64,000 nt of DNA from contig NC_058369.1 in NCBI RefSeq assembly GCF_018350175.1, positions 9,486,001 to 9,550,000 of the forward strand, in the 5' to 3' direction. The stretch is from Felis catus. Its lineage: Eukaryota. Position 1 is the first letter of the stretch. Each line of letters opens with the position of its first letter. Below the pieces are notes generated by a model that saw only the letters and a list, made by a program, of their open reading frames with translations, was not told the DNA's origin and did no database searches. Shown one piece after another: positions 36,798 through 50,075 of the stretch. A program made the translations under genes and the position numbers.

Positions 36798-39700
36798 ATA
36801 AATGCTGTCACTTGAAGCCACTGGGGTTTGGCACTGTTTGTCATGCAGCATTATTATGGCAAAATCTATAGCTGACACGAAGGAACACACAGAAGGGACG
36901 CGGCTGAGGTGAATTCAGGTGGTTTCAAAAGAAAATGCTCTGACTTTAAGCGTACCCTTTAAGCATATACAAAATCAAGAGTCAGAACGGTCTCCAGAAT
37001 GGCTGGAAAAATGAAATACTCTCCCAGGCTCTCCTGGAGCTAGATGTGGCCATGCGACGTATTTCTGGCCACGAGGTATACAGAGAAGCTCAATGGATGG
37101 TTTCTGGGAAAGATTTCGCTCTGCTGGATACGAAAGTTGGCAAAGCTGGATGGATCAGCTTGTCCCTTCTGCTTCCTGCCTTGAAAGTGGACACGATGCT
37201 AAAAGCTCTGGCAGCCGTTTTGCAACCATGAGGTAAAGGCCGAGAGAATCACAGAGATTCCGGCCAGTGCCAGCCAACACCCACCACAGGCTTCTTGTAC
37301 AGTGACAGAAAGGGAGCCCCCACTTTGTTTAAGCCACCACAGGCTGGCTCTTCTGTCACTTGCCATGGAATGCATTCCTGGTACATCCCTCCAAGTCTCC
37401 CGGTTCTGAGCCACGCAGGACTCCACAGCAGGAGCAGAAGAAGCACACATCTTCCTTTTCCAGGGGTGAACATGGGATGCTGTGCCGTCCCCCGTGGAGG
37501 GGCTGCCCCTACTAACCCAATTTCACTTCACAGGGAGAGCAGGCCGGTTTGCTCATCTTTCCCTTTGTTCTAGTGCATTCCACGCATCGTCGCCAGCCAA
37601 AGACAATGCAAAATGTCGTTGGCTCATCCCCCCATCCCGGACCGTGGATCCCACCTGGATCCTGTTTGGCTCATCTGCTTCGACTTCCGATGCCTTTTAT
37701 TCGCTCTGACTGACCCCTGTTCTTCTCTGCACGCAAGTCCCGTGCCCATCGGGCCAGGAAGGAGGGGATCCTTTGTCTCCAGCATACCAATGGCGCCCAA
37801 ACTCCCCCAAAGGGCGAGGATCTGGCTTTCAGCTGCCCCTCCTTTTTCCTTTCCCTACAGAGTGGCTGTTCTCGCTTCCCACTTGGGGCCGCCAGGGGCG
37901 AGCTTTGGTTTCCTCTTGCTGAGGTCTGGAGAGGGACTGACCCTCGCGATGCTTCGGAAGAAAGCTGAGGCGCTGAGCGGCAGCTCACGGCAGAACCACG
38001 TAAGTATAGCCGTCAAGGCAGACGCCGTGTCCCACGCTGCTCGCTACGAACGTCGGTGATGTTCCGGCCGCAGAACCGTGCCTAGCCTGAGCGCAGAGCA
38101 AGCCAGGACGGCCAGGGAGCTCGTGCCCCAGAAGGATCTCCCAGCCCAGCCCCCTCGCCCCTGAGGTGAGCTAACTCCGAGGCGGCGTCTGCTACTTGCC
38201 TCCCAAAGTTGCCCAGAGAGAAAAAGCAAGCATAAGCCGCCAACGGCACTGAGCTGTGCACCGACGCGACCTTTACTGGCTGCCTTCTCTTCGCGGTCTT
38301 CCCCCTCTCCTCTCCATCTGTGTTTCCTGGGATCTGCAAACAAGGTCCTGGCCCTCAAATCTTGGTCCCAGCGTCAGTTTTGAGTTCTGGATTGCAAACA
38401 CCAGAAACCGGCCGTCTGTCTTAGGCGTAAAAGGGATTATTCTGAGGAAGCGCAGATAACCAGCCAGCGTCCAGGGGAGGGGACTTGGACGGCGGGCAGG
38501 GACAGCGCAGCCAGACCAACGACTCCCCCTGCAGCAGGCTGCCATGAAGGACTCCGGAACCATCCCTTCGTGTCTGAAACGTCCTGGGTCGGGGAGCGTG
38601 TGGCTGGTGCAGTTTGAATCACACGCCCTGATTTACCCAGGGGTCGGGGGGTGGACGACTCCCCCTTCCTGCCACCTTCAGTTTGTGAGTCCGGAGTGCT
38701 GTGATCCAGGAGCACCACGCACAAAGGGGGGCTCTCCCCAGACTGGAAGGGGAGGTTGGCTGTTGTGTGCCAAACTAGCAGGAGCAAATGTTCTAGCGGC
38801 GAACTAACGGGTCTGTGGAACCAGGCCTGGAGAAGCAGCCGTAATTATTATCATCATTATAATTATAGTTATTAGCGTTACAATAGCCAACAGCACTGAG
38901 CACTTACTCTGTGCCAGGTTCTGACTACTCTACATGCAGGATCTCATGGAATCTGACCTCTGGAGGTAGGTCCAACTATGATCCCCATTTCACAGATGAG
39001 GAAGTTGAGGCCCCAAGGAAGCGCCAAAGCACCTTTCTCCTCCAAACCATCCCTCGGGAAATGCCATCCATCCACTCACCCCACCACGTGTCAGACATCA
39101 GCTCATTCAACCTCAGAAACAAGTCTGCAAGCTGGGGAGTGTGAGCGTTGCTGCTTTTCAGCTGAGGAGGCTAAGATTCAGGGAGGCACAGTCACCGGCC
39201 CCAAGGTCACAGCACCTGGGAAACGGAGCTGCGTCCTGAATCTGTTCGGACTCCAAAGCCCGTGGTCCTAACCACCACCACGCGAGGAGGAGCTGGGCTG
39301 CAAAGCCGGGTTGCAGCCCGAAGGCTCTGCTACCCGAGTATCTCTCCACGTAGGACTGACATCTGAAACCAAAATACATCAGACGTATCACTCCCGAGAA
39401 GTCACGCAGGGTTGAGCCACAATTTCTGCTGCTCGGGTGGATCACATCCTAGGGCGACGAGACACAGCCTCTTGCGTGAATTTCCTGCGTATCACCAAGT
39501 AAAGCCACCCCAGATGTACCCTCCACGTTTCGTCAAGATCTGTCCAGATGTTTTGGTATGACGTAACTAGACTTTTATTTAGGAAGAGATACATAATACT
39601 GTGCAATGCCCATTTTCTTCATCTTTCTAAACATGCCCCACCATTTCGCTCTTCTGATTAAAAAAAAAAAAAAATTGTAAAGGAGGGGAAAAAGACCCAG

Positions 39701-39865
39701 GAAATCAAGCTCGTCCCCAGATGAGATCACCCAACCCGTCAGCCCCTGGCACAGTATGGTAGGAACTACCCAAGGTTTTTTTCCTCCTTCCTTTTCTTTT
39801 CAATTAGAACTTGGCCACGAAGGTTTCATACATCTGCCTCCCCTCTATGGACAACGCTTTAAAAA

Positions 39866-40092
39866 TTTTTTTTTTCAGTTTATTTATTATTTGTTTTGAG
39901 AGAGACAGAGACAGCGCATGAGCAGGGGAGGGGCAGAGAGAGAGACGGGGAGAGAGAAAGGGAAACAGAAAGAATCCCAAGCAGGCTCAGCACGGACCCC
40001 GATGCGGGGCTCGAACTCGCGAACCTCAAGATCATGACCTGAGCCGAAATCAAGGGTCGGATGCTTCACTGACTAAGTCACCCAGGCGCCCC
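39866..40092 (-). mobile_element. CAN-SINE
   Basis: TSD TGGACAACSCTTT. Confidence 0.93.
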
Positions 40093-40123
40093 TGTGGACA
40101 ACCCTTTTAAAGTCCCTCTTTTC

Positions 40124-40343
40124 GGGGCGCCTGGGTGGCTCGGTCGGTTGAGCGTCCGACTTCAGCTCAGGTCACGATCTCGCGGTCCGTGAGTTCGAGC
40201 CCCGCGTCGGGCTCTGGGCTGGCGGCTCAGAGCCTGGAGCCTGCTTCTGATTCTGTGTCTCCCTCTCTCTCTGGCCCTCCCCCCGTTCATGCTCTGTCTC
40301 TCTCAGTCTCTAAATAAACGTTAAAAAAAATAATTAAAAAAAA
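40124..40343 (+). mobile_element. CAN-SINE
   Basis: Perfect TSD AAAGTCCCTCTTTTC. Confidence 0.95.
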
Positions 40344-43009
40344 AGTCCCTCTTTTCCTCTGAATTACAAAGCCCCGAAGGCGTTCTCCACTCTTGAGCTG
40401 CAACTCACGTGGCTGACGGTGGCTCGTCTCTCTTCCTAACCACCTGCCCACTGCATCGTTTCCTTCCCTGATCTTCTTCCTCCCTCTGGCCCCAAAGTGT
40501 GGGTGCTTCCCTGACCCTGTGTCCCTGTCCATTACACCACCACACCTACAGAGCTCAGGCACTTTCCAGCCTTCTCCGACAGGCCCGTCAAGCTCTAACC
40601 ATATCTACATCTATCTAAGTGACATTTCCACTTCGATGTCTTGCAGCGACCTCCGCGTGTCTGAAATAAGTTCTCACTAGAAGCGCCCTGTGCCCCTGCA
40701 ATGGCACTACCACTATGCTCATCAATAATCAGTTGGTTATTTTGTTCTGGAATGTTCTTTTTTTCTGAGAAGGAGCCCTTAAGTCCATCCTTTCCTTCCT
40801 ATTTCCCTTGACATCCCAAATCATCCCAGACATGGAATCATCTCCACTGTAGGCCCTACTCCATCACAGGAAGCCGCCTCCCCCTCTCCCCCCTCTTGAC
40901 TATATTTTATTGAGCCCCTACTATGTGCAAAGAATTATCCATCTAATCTTTACCTCAACCCGATGAGGGAAGTCCTAATCTGAGCCTTATGTAACAGATG
41001 AGTAAACCATTTGCCCAAAGTCACCCATTCTCTGAGAGGGAGAGCCAGGATTTGAACCCACATCCTCAAAGGGATGTCCTATCTTACCTGGGACAGTTAA
41101 GTTCTGGTTCCGAAGTCAGTGCACAGAGGAAAAACTGCATATACCAAAAATACCCTTGACAAACCTTCAAATCATCCATAAAGTACAACATACGTAGCTT
41201 TGTATATTTAAGTCTGGACGGTAATAAGCATGTTATGATGTGTACGGTAATATGTGACATAAAAGAATGTGAAGGGTATGTTACATGTGACAGATACTGC
41301 TAACTGTCCCAACAGCCACTTCCCTCTCTCATCTTTGCTACAAGCAGAACTAGCCTCCTATAAAGTGGCAAAAATGCCGGACGCTCATGTTTCGGGCCTG
41401 CCAGGAAGCCGGAAGTGGTCACGCGACCCAAGAATAGCCAATCGGACGCAGAGGGAGGTCTGCTGGGAACTTCTGGCCAAGACTTGTTTCTCCTAGATGA
41501 AGAAGAACCCTCCAGTGAGAGTTTTCTCTCCCAGTCATTACTTTCCTGCCTTTGAATGAAGCTTTGAGAGGAGGCGATGTGGCAGCCACTTTGCCACCCT
41601 GGGGCAAGAAATCATGAGGTCAAAATTCGACTCACCCAGGAAGGTGGAAGGACATCCCTGAGCCACTCAACGAATCCCGGTCCACAGGTTTGTGGATATT
41701 TCTGTCAGGTAACAAAAACGTCTACTTAATATTAAAGCCCCTTCTAGATGTCTCTTCTGTTATTTGAAGAGAAAAGCAATCCTAACTGATATACTGGGTT
41801 CTAGGAAGAACACGTATCATGCTCATTCCTTGGGAAAAACTCGCTACATGCAAGCAGGTAGAAATGACCTCACTCTTGGCCGTCACGGGGACGGGACACA
41901 TGGAAACTTCCGGGTGGCCGAAGGTCTATTTCTTGAGGCGAACGGTGGTTACGAGAGTGTTTTACAATTAACTTGCGTTACGGCGGTTTGCTGATTTTAT
42001 TTTATAACAAAAGAATTTTAGTGGTAAAAGAAAAAAAAAGAAATGACCTCACTCTTTCGTTATTGTATTCACCCGGTTTCTTTTTAGATGTGTGCCAATT
42101 ACATAACAATGATTTTGTGTAAAGTCAGATTCGCATAAGATGCAATTCTGCTACACACTTTGTGGTTTCCGGTTTCCGCTTTGGAAACATCCAGGGCTAT
42201 TTCCTGTGGATCAAAACCCATCAGTCCAGTCGACAAAGACCTCTCAGGCTGATCCCTCCTGTCCACCCAATCTTATAATGGTTCTACTTAACATCCTTGG
42301 GATTCAGCACCGGCCAGTGCTGGACTTTGAGAGTCTTAGGCTTCCTCCCTGCCTCTGTTCCTGATGCCAGAGTTTCTGTCCTGAAATTCTCTGGGCGGCC
42401 TCCAAAGATGCCTGTGAACAGCAATAACAAAACAACCCATGACCGTAAGCACCGACCATGTCTCTTCAGCACCACCTTGACTCCCCAAACCAAAGCTTCT
42501 TAGGGTGGAGGGGACTCCTGGGCATGAAGTCTCTGATCCTTTTTAGTCTGGGATGTCTCCGAAAGAAGTTTACCCACAGAGGAGCTACACACTTGGGAAA
42601 TATACTCCAGCCGTCTGGTTCAGTGTGCAACCTGCACAACCATACACGGTAGGCCTGAGAACACAGCCCTGCTCAGACCCCAGCTCGTCCGTACGAACCT
42701 GTTCATACTTGTGCCATTTTATTAGCGCGCAGTAGCTATCAAAGCTGATTCCAAAGGAGTTTGAGTCCATTGAGAACTCAACACGTACGACACACTGTAA
42801 CTCCCGGGGCAGGACCACAGACAGTAAATAGGCAGACTCATTCTAGCCACAGCACATGGAATAGTTACGTTGACATTCCAACTGCCCTCCAAAACGGCAC
42901 CGTCTGATCTAGACCAGCCGAGACGCAAGGGCATCTGGGAAGGGGCTTCTGTGCCTCAACTTATTGCACACCGAAAGTTCCCTCAACATTGGCAGGTTAC
43001 CGGTACCAC

Positions 43010-43990
43010 TGATTCAGTCATTCTGTCAAAAACAGTGAGCGCCTACTGTGTGCCGGGCACTATGCTAGGCACAGGGGACGAGAGCCATGAGCAGAAGAAA
43101 CCAAATCTCTGTCCTCGGGGAGCCTACCTAGTGGAGGAGACAGGCAGAAAATAAGGAAGTAGAATCTCGAGTTTGCCGGCAAGTGACAAGGGCATAGAAA
43201 AACAACTGAAGAGAAGAAAGAGGACGGGGAGTGTTTGAAGTGTTGGAATTGTAGATAAGGGGCCAGGGGATATTGGTGTAAAGTCTTAAAGATGAGGAAA
43301 TGGATTGGGAAGAGCATGCCAGGCATAAGAACAGCAAGTGCAAAGGCCCTGAGGTGGCGAGACTGGCCTGAAGTGTTCAAGGAGCAGTGAGGAGCTCGGG
43401 GCAGCTGGTGTCAGGTGTGCAAAGGGTGGGAGCCGATGAGGGTGGGAGGTGATGGGGGCAGATCACGCAGATCCTTGTGGGCCGTGGTGAGGACTTTGGC
43501 TTTTACACTGAATGAGACAGGAACCAAGAGAAAAACGTGAGCAGAAGAGTGATTGGATCTAAGTTATGTGTTAAAAGGATCCTTCTGGCTGCTTGTGTTG
43601 ATGACGGGCTGCGGGGGGAGGAGGGCAGAAGCAGAGAGACCCGGGCGGAGGCTGCTACCACCAGCCTGCTGAGAGATGATGAAGGCTTAGCCCAGGTGGG
43701 GGCAGCGGGGGTGGAAGAAGACAGAACCTCCTGAATTTTGCAGCAGGATTGACCATGAGGGCGGAGGTGTCGAGAGTTTTAGCCAGAGCTTCTGGAAGGA
43801 TGGAGCTGCCATCCAATGATATGAAAAGATAGGAAGGGAGGTATGAGAAGGAGGCACAGGAATTCAGTTTTGGACATCCTGAGTGTGAGGTGCCTGTGGA
43901 CCCCTCCCCACGTGGGGACTGCGAGAGAGCTCCGGGCAGAAGCCTGAAGTCTGGGGAACATCAGTACAGAAGGTATTTACGCCTTTGAGA
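43010..43990 (-). mobile_element. LINE-2 3' fragment (about 1 kb)
   Basis: GAGCGCCTACTGTGTGCCGGGCAC, AGTGCAAAGGCCCTGAGG, GGACTTTGGCTTTTAC, TTCAGTTTTGGACAT. Confidence 0.8.
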
Positions 43991-44637
43991 CTGGCTGACA
44001 TCATCAAGGGGCTTATTATAGCCAGAGAAGTCAAGACAAACGGGGCATTCATTTTCCTAGACCCCGTCCTCCCACACCTCAGCCATTCCACTACACAACC
44101 TCACTGAAGCGGGGAGGACCTGTCATCTCCGGGTCAAGCCCAGGTCCTCCCCAGCGAGAAAAAGAGATTTTCCAGTCTCTACAACCTCTGTCACAACATA
44201 GCACCTTCAGTGTCTGTACCTCCTCCCTGCATAAAGCAAAACACAGCGTCTCTCACTTGGCCAGCCTCTGCCTGAGCCCCAGGCACCCACTTGCTTCCCG
44301 TTCGGCCGAGATTTCCTCTGCCCTCCAGGCAGCCACCTCCGTGCCCTGGTGACAAAATAGGAGTCATTTAACCCTGCAAACTGTAGAGGCAGTGGCCAGA
44401 GGCCTCTGTGGAGGCAAGCTGGTGTTCGTTATAGCAATTCAAGAAGACAAGACCTCGATCAGCCCCGAAACCTGCTTAGAGATGGATGGCCAGGTCTTCT
44501 CCAGCCACACAGGGAAAGTGGCCAAGAAGCTCAGTACGGAGCAATGTCACCTAGCCAGCTGGTCCTGGCTCAGTCCCTCCCCACTCCAGTCAGGGACAGA
44601 GGGAGAAAGGAGGACTTTACCTCCTTTAGCAGGTCGG

Positions 44638-44658
44638 TGCGCTGTCCAGGGTGCTGAA
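44638..44658 (-). promoter_or_regulatory. REST/NRSF RE1 (NRSE) site
   Basis: Minus strand TTCAGCACCCTGGACAGCGCA; 18/21 to TTCAGCACCACGGACAGCGCC, differing only at the 2-nt spacer and the last base. Confidence 0.85.
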
Positions 44659-47600
44659 ATCTCTTACTCGCTAAGGCTTCAAACTACTGCTTCAAGACAA
44701 GGACTTTGGGCAGATGATCCACGGAATTACAAGGGATGAACTAGAAAGCAAGAAGTCAGCAAAGGGGGCACTGATGAATGGCTGTCACTGTGAGCCACTA
44801 CGATTCAATCCTGTGGAGGGCCGTTTGAGAGGTTGTAGAACACCTCCGAGTCTTCTCACTGAGCAATGGAGAAGCCAGGATATTTATACGCTGACTCCCT
44901 CTCTCGCTGGTTACGGACTGCTCCTGGGGGGGTGTTAGACGTCTGTCACGTGGACCCAACAAACTCCTGTGGTGCTGGAGGGGACCCTCCAACAGAGACG
45001 TAGAAAGATGGGCGTGTTGGAGGTACAACACGTGTTGGAGGTGAGCTTGCCCTTGGAGGTACAAAGAAGTGAGCTTGCCCAGGACCCGACCACCACGGGT
45101 ACACTTGGAGGTGAGTGGGACGAATAAGGAGTGGGGCGTTTCCAGTATTTACCACACACCTCCAGAGGAATTGGTTTTAATTTTCTCCCTTCAGTTAATC
45201 AACTCCCATTTATGGAGACCATGGAACGGTCCAGGGGCTCAGTTCACGGTATCTGTCACAATGTTGCCTTCTCCAAGCCCTACCACAGCCCAAGAAGGCA
45301 GACCCTATCACTACTCCCCCTCTTTCCAGGTGAGAAAACTGAGGTTTAGAGAGATCCACGCACATCCTCGAGTTCATCATCTCATCACAGAGATCCCTCC
45401 GACTCTGAAGCCCAGGGCTTAACCATTAGCCTATGCCAGTCTCCCATTTCCGGAAACCTCTTTTGCCCATTTTTTTTTCCCTTGCTACAGTGGAGTCCAA
45501 GATGGGGAAGAAAAGCAAAGATGTTCCTGACTTCCCTGGAAAACCTGACTTTAAAGAAACAATGTAGGACTCGAGAAGATGAATCCTGGTTCCAGACCCA
45601 CCTGAGTTCAAATCTCGGATCTACCACTTTCGAGGTGGGTGAACTGGGCGAGGTGTTTAATCTCTTGGAGCCTTAGTTTCTTCATCTGCAAAGTTGGGGG
45701 TAATAATGATACTTCATTCAGAGGGTTGTAAGGATTAACGGAGCATATATGTAAGTACAGTGTATCATGTTGTAAGTGCCTTCTAAGTTCTAATTTGTCA
45801 ATGTTGCCGTTGCTATTAACAACAGGTATTATGTTCATAAGGATACTGGGCTGTATATAGCTCTTTGAACTTAACTTGGGCGAGGGTCATCCTAGTCTTA
45901 GGGCACTGTCTCAGCAGAGTGGTTGAGATCCCACCTACCCTCTACTAGCTGTGGGACCCCTTGCAAACAGCTGAACCTCTCTGAGCCTCAGGTTCATCTC
46001 TAAAAAAAGGCTCGTGGAACTGAAATGTGGTAACGCACATAAAATTGTTACTACAGTGAGAGCACATAGTAAGTGCTTAATCATGGCAGCCCGCGTCGTT
46101 ACTATCTCTGTCACTATTATTATAAGACGGAGAAACTAGCTCCCACCGCTAGGACGTGAGGCTGTTCCCGGGGGAACACTGGTTCAGCAAATACCACGAC
46201 GACCAAATGCTTTGAACAATAAAAAAGATCAACGCTCTCTCGTTGCTAAAACTCCGAGTGATAAAAAGCACTTGTGCCACAGGAGGGACTCCTTCAGATA
46301 CCAAGGGTGACTGACCCACTGGGGGAGAAATTAATGCAGGGGGACATTAAAACAAAACGCAGCTGGTATTTATGGGAGCTGTTGGTTAGCTGGTCTCGGG
46401 AGTGCTGATTGTGTCTTACTGTTGTTGTGTTTAGAATGCTGCTTTTATTTTCAGGCAACTCAGAACAGCAACATAGGAGGTGGGAGAAGGAGGAGAAAGT
46501 AAAGAGTGGTAACGTGCATTTGCTACATTAATCAAAAAGGAAAGACAGTGTGCGGTGTGTGAGTCTGGGTCAAGTCATTTTGACCCCTCTGGGCCCTAGT
46601 TTCTTCAGCTGTATAAGGAGAAGCTAGGATTACTTTTTGGAGGCTCGCTTTCTGTCTCTCTGGAAAAGGGCCACAGGCTGGGCTCTCGGGGGCAGAAGGA
46701 GGAAAAAGGCAGAGCTCTGATGGCAGAACCTCAGGAGTGACATTAATCATCTACACCACTCCCACTGCCCCCAAACTGGGGTTCTAGGCTCCTTGACCTG
46801 AACATACCTTCTGCTTCTGGAAGTTTCCTGATTTGCCACCATCTCAGTGTGACTTTGGGCAAATTACTTAGCCTCTTGGTGTCTTAACTCCCTTATGAGT
46901 GAAGTAAAGGGTTTGGACCCGCCAGAGTTCATGGAGTCCCCAAATTCAGTGATGCTATGAAACCAAAGCCAATGTCCTTTCCTGATGGTCCCTGAGCACT
47001 TGGGTATTTTTCTCAATTTTGATCCCCAGTGAAACTGCCCAAAGCCTGGGGCAGTTCATAGGACCTTCCAGAAAAGAACCCCCATCTTTACAGAGTCAAA
47101 AATGTCAGGGTTGGCAAGGACCCAGAGCTCATCTGTCCCATGCCTTATCTGATGTCAGAGTATCTGTCATAGATTCCTGGACTGTTTGACTATCAATGCC
47201 ACGGCCCCCAGCTTCATAAACAGCTTAGTGCATTTCCCAGAACCCTCTGATTCTCAGAAGTGTTCCCACTTGCCAGCCATTTATTTTGCTAAACATCTAT
47301 GCCAGGTACAGTGCTAAGCCTGTGAACGTAAAAACAATTGTCTTCATCCCTACCCTGGTAAGTCTCTTTTGTTAACACACACCCTTGTATCACTTGACCT
47401 CCTAGATGTCTATATATATTTGAGCGTTACAGTAAAAGCTCTGTCATCTCAGAAATCTAGCCAAGCTTCTGAAATTTTCCTCTTGCACAGTTTCAATTTA
47501 ATGATTGGACCTTCAAATACAATAGAAGCACACTTCAAATGGGGGTTGACAAAATTACAAAGTTAGAATGTCTCTGGGGCCTTGAACTCCACAGAACAGA

Positions 47601-48960
47601 CCAAACTCCACGGGGAAGATACTTTCTGCCAAACTACACAAGAAGAAGGCAAAAACCTTCTTAATCCGTGAAAAATGAATGGTGTTTTAATGCTGCAGTC
47701 TACTTAGAAATGTGAGAAGACAATGAGTTAATCAGAAAGTGCTCATTAAAGCCACTGTTGTCCCAGCGTCAGATTAATGCACTCGGGTCCCCTCCCCCCT
47801 GGAACGGGGAACTAAGAGGGTACCGCATTTGCCTGGCGTGGCATTGCAGAGAAAGCTGGGTCTGCGGGGTGTTTAGTCCCCACTCTCTGTTCCATGTTTA
47901 CAGCCCAACAGGAGACTAAACAGCCCCTTGGAATTTGAAGTCATGAAATTTGAGCTGCGTGCTTGATTTGCGAGAGACAGAACCACTAGACAGTAAGAAA
48001 GGATGGCTGACTGCTGGAGAAGCAACAGAGAGACGAGCAAGAGAGAGGAAGGCAGGGGAACTAGAGAGGGAAAGGAAAGGTGTGAGAAAGGAACAGAATA
48101 GTGGCTCCTGGTGGTGTTAGGAGCAGGACCCCCTGGGAATCTAATGAAAACCACAGGCCAGAAAACTATACACGTACACATAATTCTTGCGTGCGATTTC
48201 AGAGGGCTCGTCGATCCCATTAGTTCCAACTACAGACTTCCATCCTTAGGGCCTATCCGTCCGAAGACGGTCCGGATGAAGAATTTCTCCTCTAGAGTCT
48301 TAGCAGATGGCAAAAACTAGGGGGGAAAAAGGTCACCTTGTTGTCACAAAGACCCACACCCAAGTGGCTAACTACCTTATCAAACAGCCGCCTCTCAACT
48401 TAATGACCACTTACTGAGACGTACTAGGCGCTCAATGGTATGTGAGCTTCTTTAGATGTTCCAAGAACCATGTTATGAAACACCAGGGATTTTTAAGGCT
48501 TTTTCCCTGCCAGCAAGGTCGAGCCAGCCCCTGCCAGCCAAAGTCAGCCCCCAGGGAAGCATAAATTGGCACAACCACTTTGCAGAGCCATTTGCCAATG
48601 CCTCGTGAGGCTGAGGATACACAGAGTCCACGACTCAGCAATTCCACTCCCAGGTATACACCCTAGAGAAATCCACTGGCGAGAATGAAGGGACAGCTTG
48701 GTTCAAAATAGCCCAAAGCTGGAAGCAACCCAAATAGATAAATACATGGTAGGATATTCATACTGGAGAATACTATGCAGCAGTGAAAAGAGACGAATGA
48801 GACCCAGCCTTGTCAATCAGATTAATCTCATGTGGAGTGCAGAGGGAAGGCTGGAGAAGGACACATTTACGGAGAAATTTAAAACAGCGCAAAAACAGCG
48901 CTATATATATTTTCTTATGTGGTCACAACGTAGAACAGGTGCTACCTATGTCTCATATTC

Positions 48961-49098
48961 TTTTTTTTTTTTTTTTTAAAGCAGGCTTTATGCCCAGCAC
49001 AGAGCCCAACGTGGGGCTCGGACTCACAACCCTGAGATCAAGACCTGAGCTGAGATCGAGAGTTGGACGCTCAACCAACTGAGCCACCCAGGCGCCCC
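48961..49098 (-). mobile_element. Short older CAN-SINE
   Basis: Poly-T followed by tRNA-like body ending CACCCAGGCGCCCC; no CT tract. Confidence 0.9.
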
Positions 49099-50075
49099 TA
49101 TTTTTTACGTTCTTATTTATACGTGCATAAAAGGGCAAATACATATAGACGCAAAACTCAGAAAGTGCTTCTGGATGGGGAAGATAAAGTCACGAGGCCA
49201 GGGAAGAGAATGCAGGGTACTTATCCAGCCCAGCCCCAGGGCCTTTGCACGTGCTATTCCCTCTGTCCGGCACTTTCCTCCTTCAGCCATCCTCAAGGCT
49301 CATTCACTTACCAGCTTCAGCTGTTCATTCAAATACTGCCCTCCCCGTGAAGCCTTCCCCAGTTTCCGGCCCTCCTGCCCATAACACATCCTATCCTTTC
49401 TCTGATTTATTTTCTCTCTGTAGCCCTCCCTGCCATCTAACACGCTAGATATTTCATTCATTCACTCGTTCATTCACTTAGTCTTCCTTCACCATTGGCC
49501 ATCTGTTGCACACAAGGAGGGACTTTTATCTGTTTGTTCACTGCTGTGTCCCAGAGCCTGGCGTGTAACAGGTGCACAAAACATACTCATCGAATGATTA
49601 TTTGCGTACGTGAGTATCTGTGGTGTTATTCTCTACCTTTTGAATATCTGAATATTCAACAACAACAACAACAAAGTCAGCTATTAGGATGGTCCACAGA
49701 CGGATTTCCTAGTAAGCTATGAAAAAGGTGCCCCATGCCATAACATCTCCCTGGACCCTGTCAAAGTCCCAAGCCACGGGACCGTGGGCACGGCCAACAG
49801 AGGCCCCTCAGTGAGCACTCAGGCCCACCAGGGCTAGCCCAGGTCCTCCTGACAGACCACTCACATCCGAACGCCTCTACTGAAACAGCCCAATGTTACA
49901 AGGCTCCTTTTGGGAAAAGCAACATTGCTTGGAAACAACAAATGTGCTCAAAACCTGAATTGCAGGAGCCCAGCCACCGCAGCATGGGAGCTGAGACCCG
50001 TGACATCTGCCAGGAGAGACGGGATCTGGAACAGCAGCAGAGCCCAGAGGAGGAATATTATCTTAGAAGAGAACC

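Noticed and set aside
41078-41100. Possible recursive splice site CAG|GTAAGA on the minus strand of intron 3 (similar at 33907)
   Set aside because: Weak pyrimidine tract, or MIR-derived in the second case; would need a saw-tooth pattern in nascent RNA-seq.
42303-42321. RE1-like TTCAGCACC-GGCCAGTGCT with zero spacer (and a half-site at 42464)
   Set aside because: Wrong spacing and a degenerate right half; cannot be supported without ChIP data.
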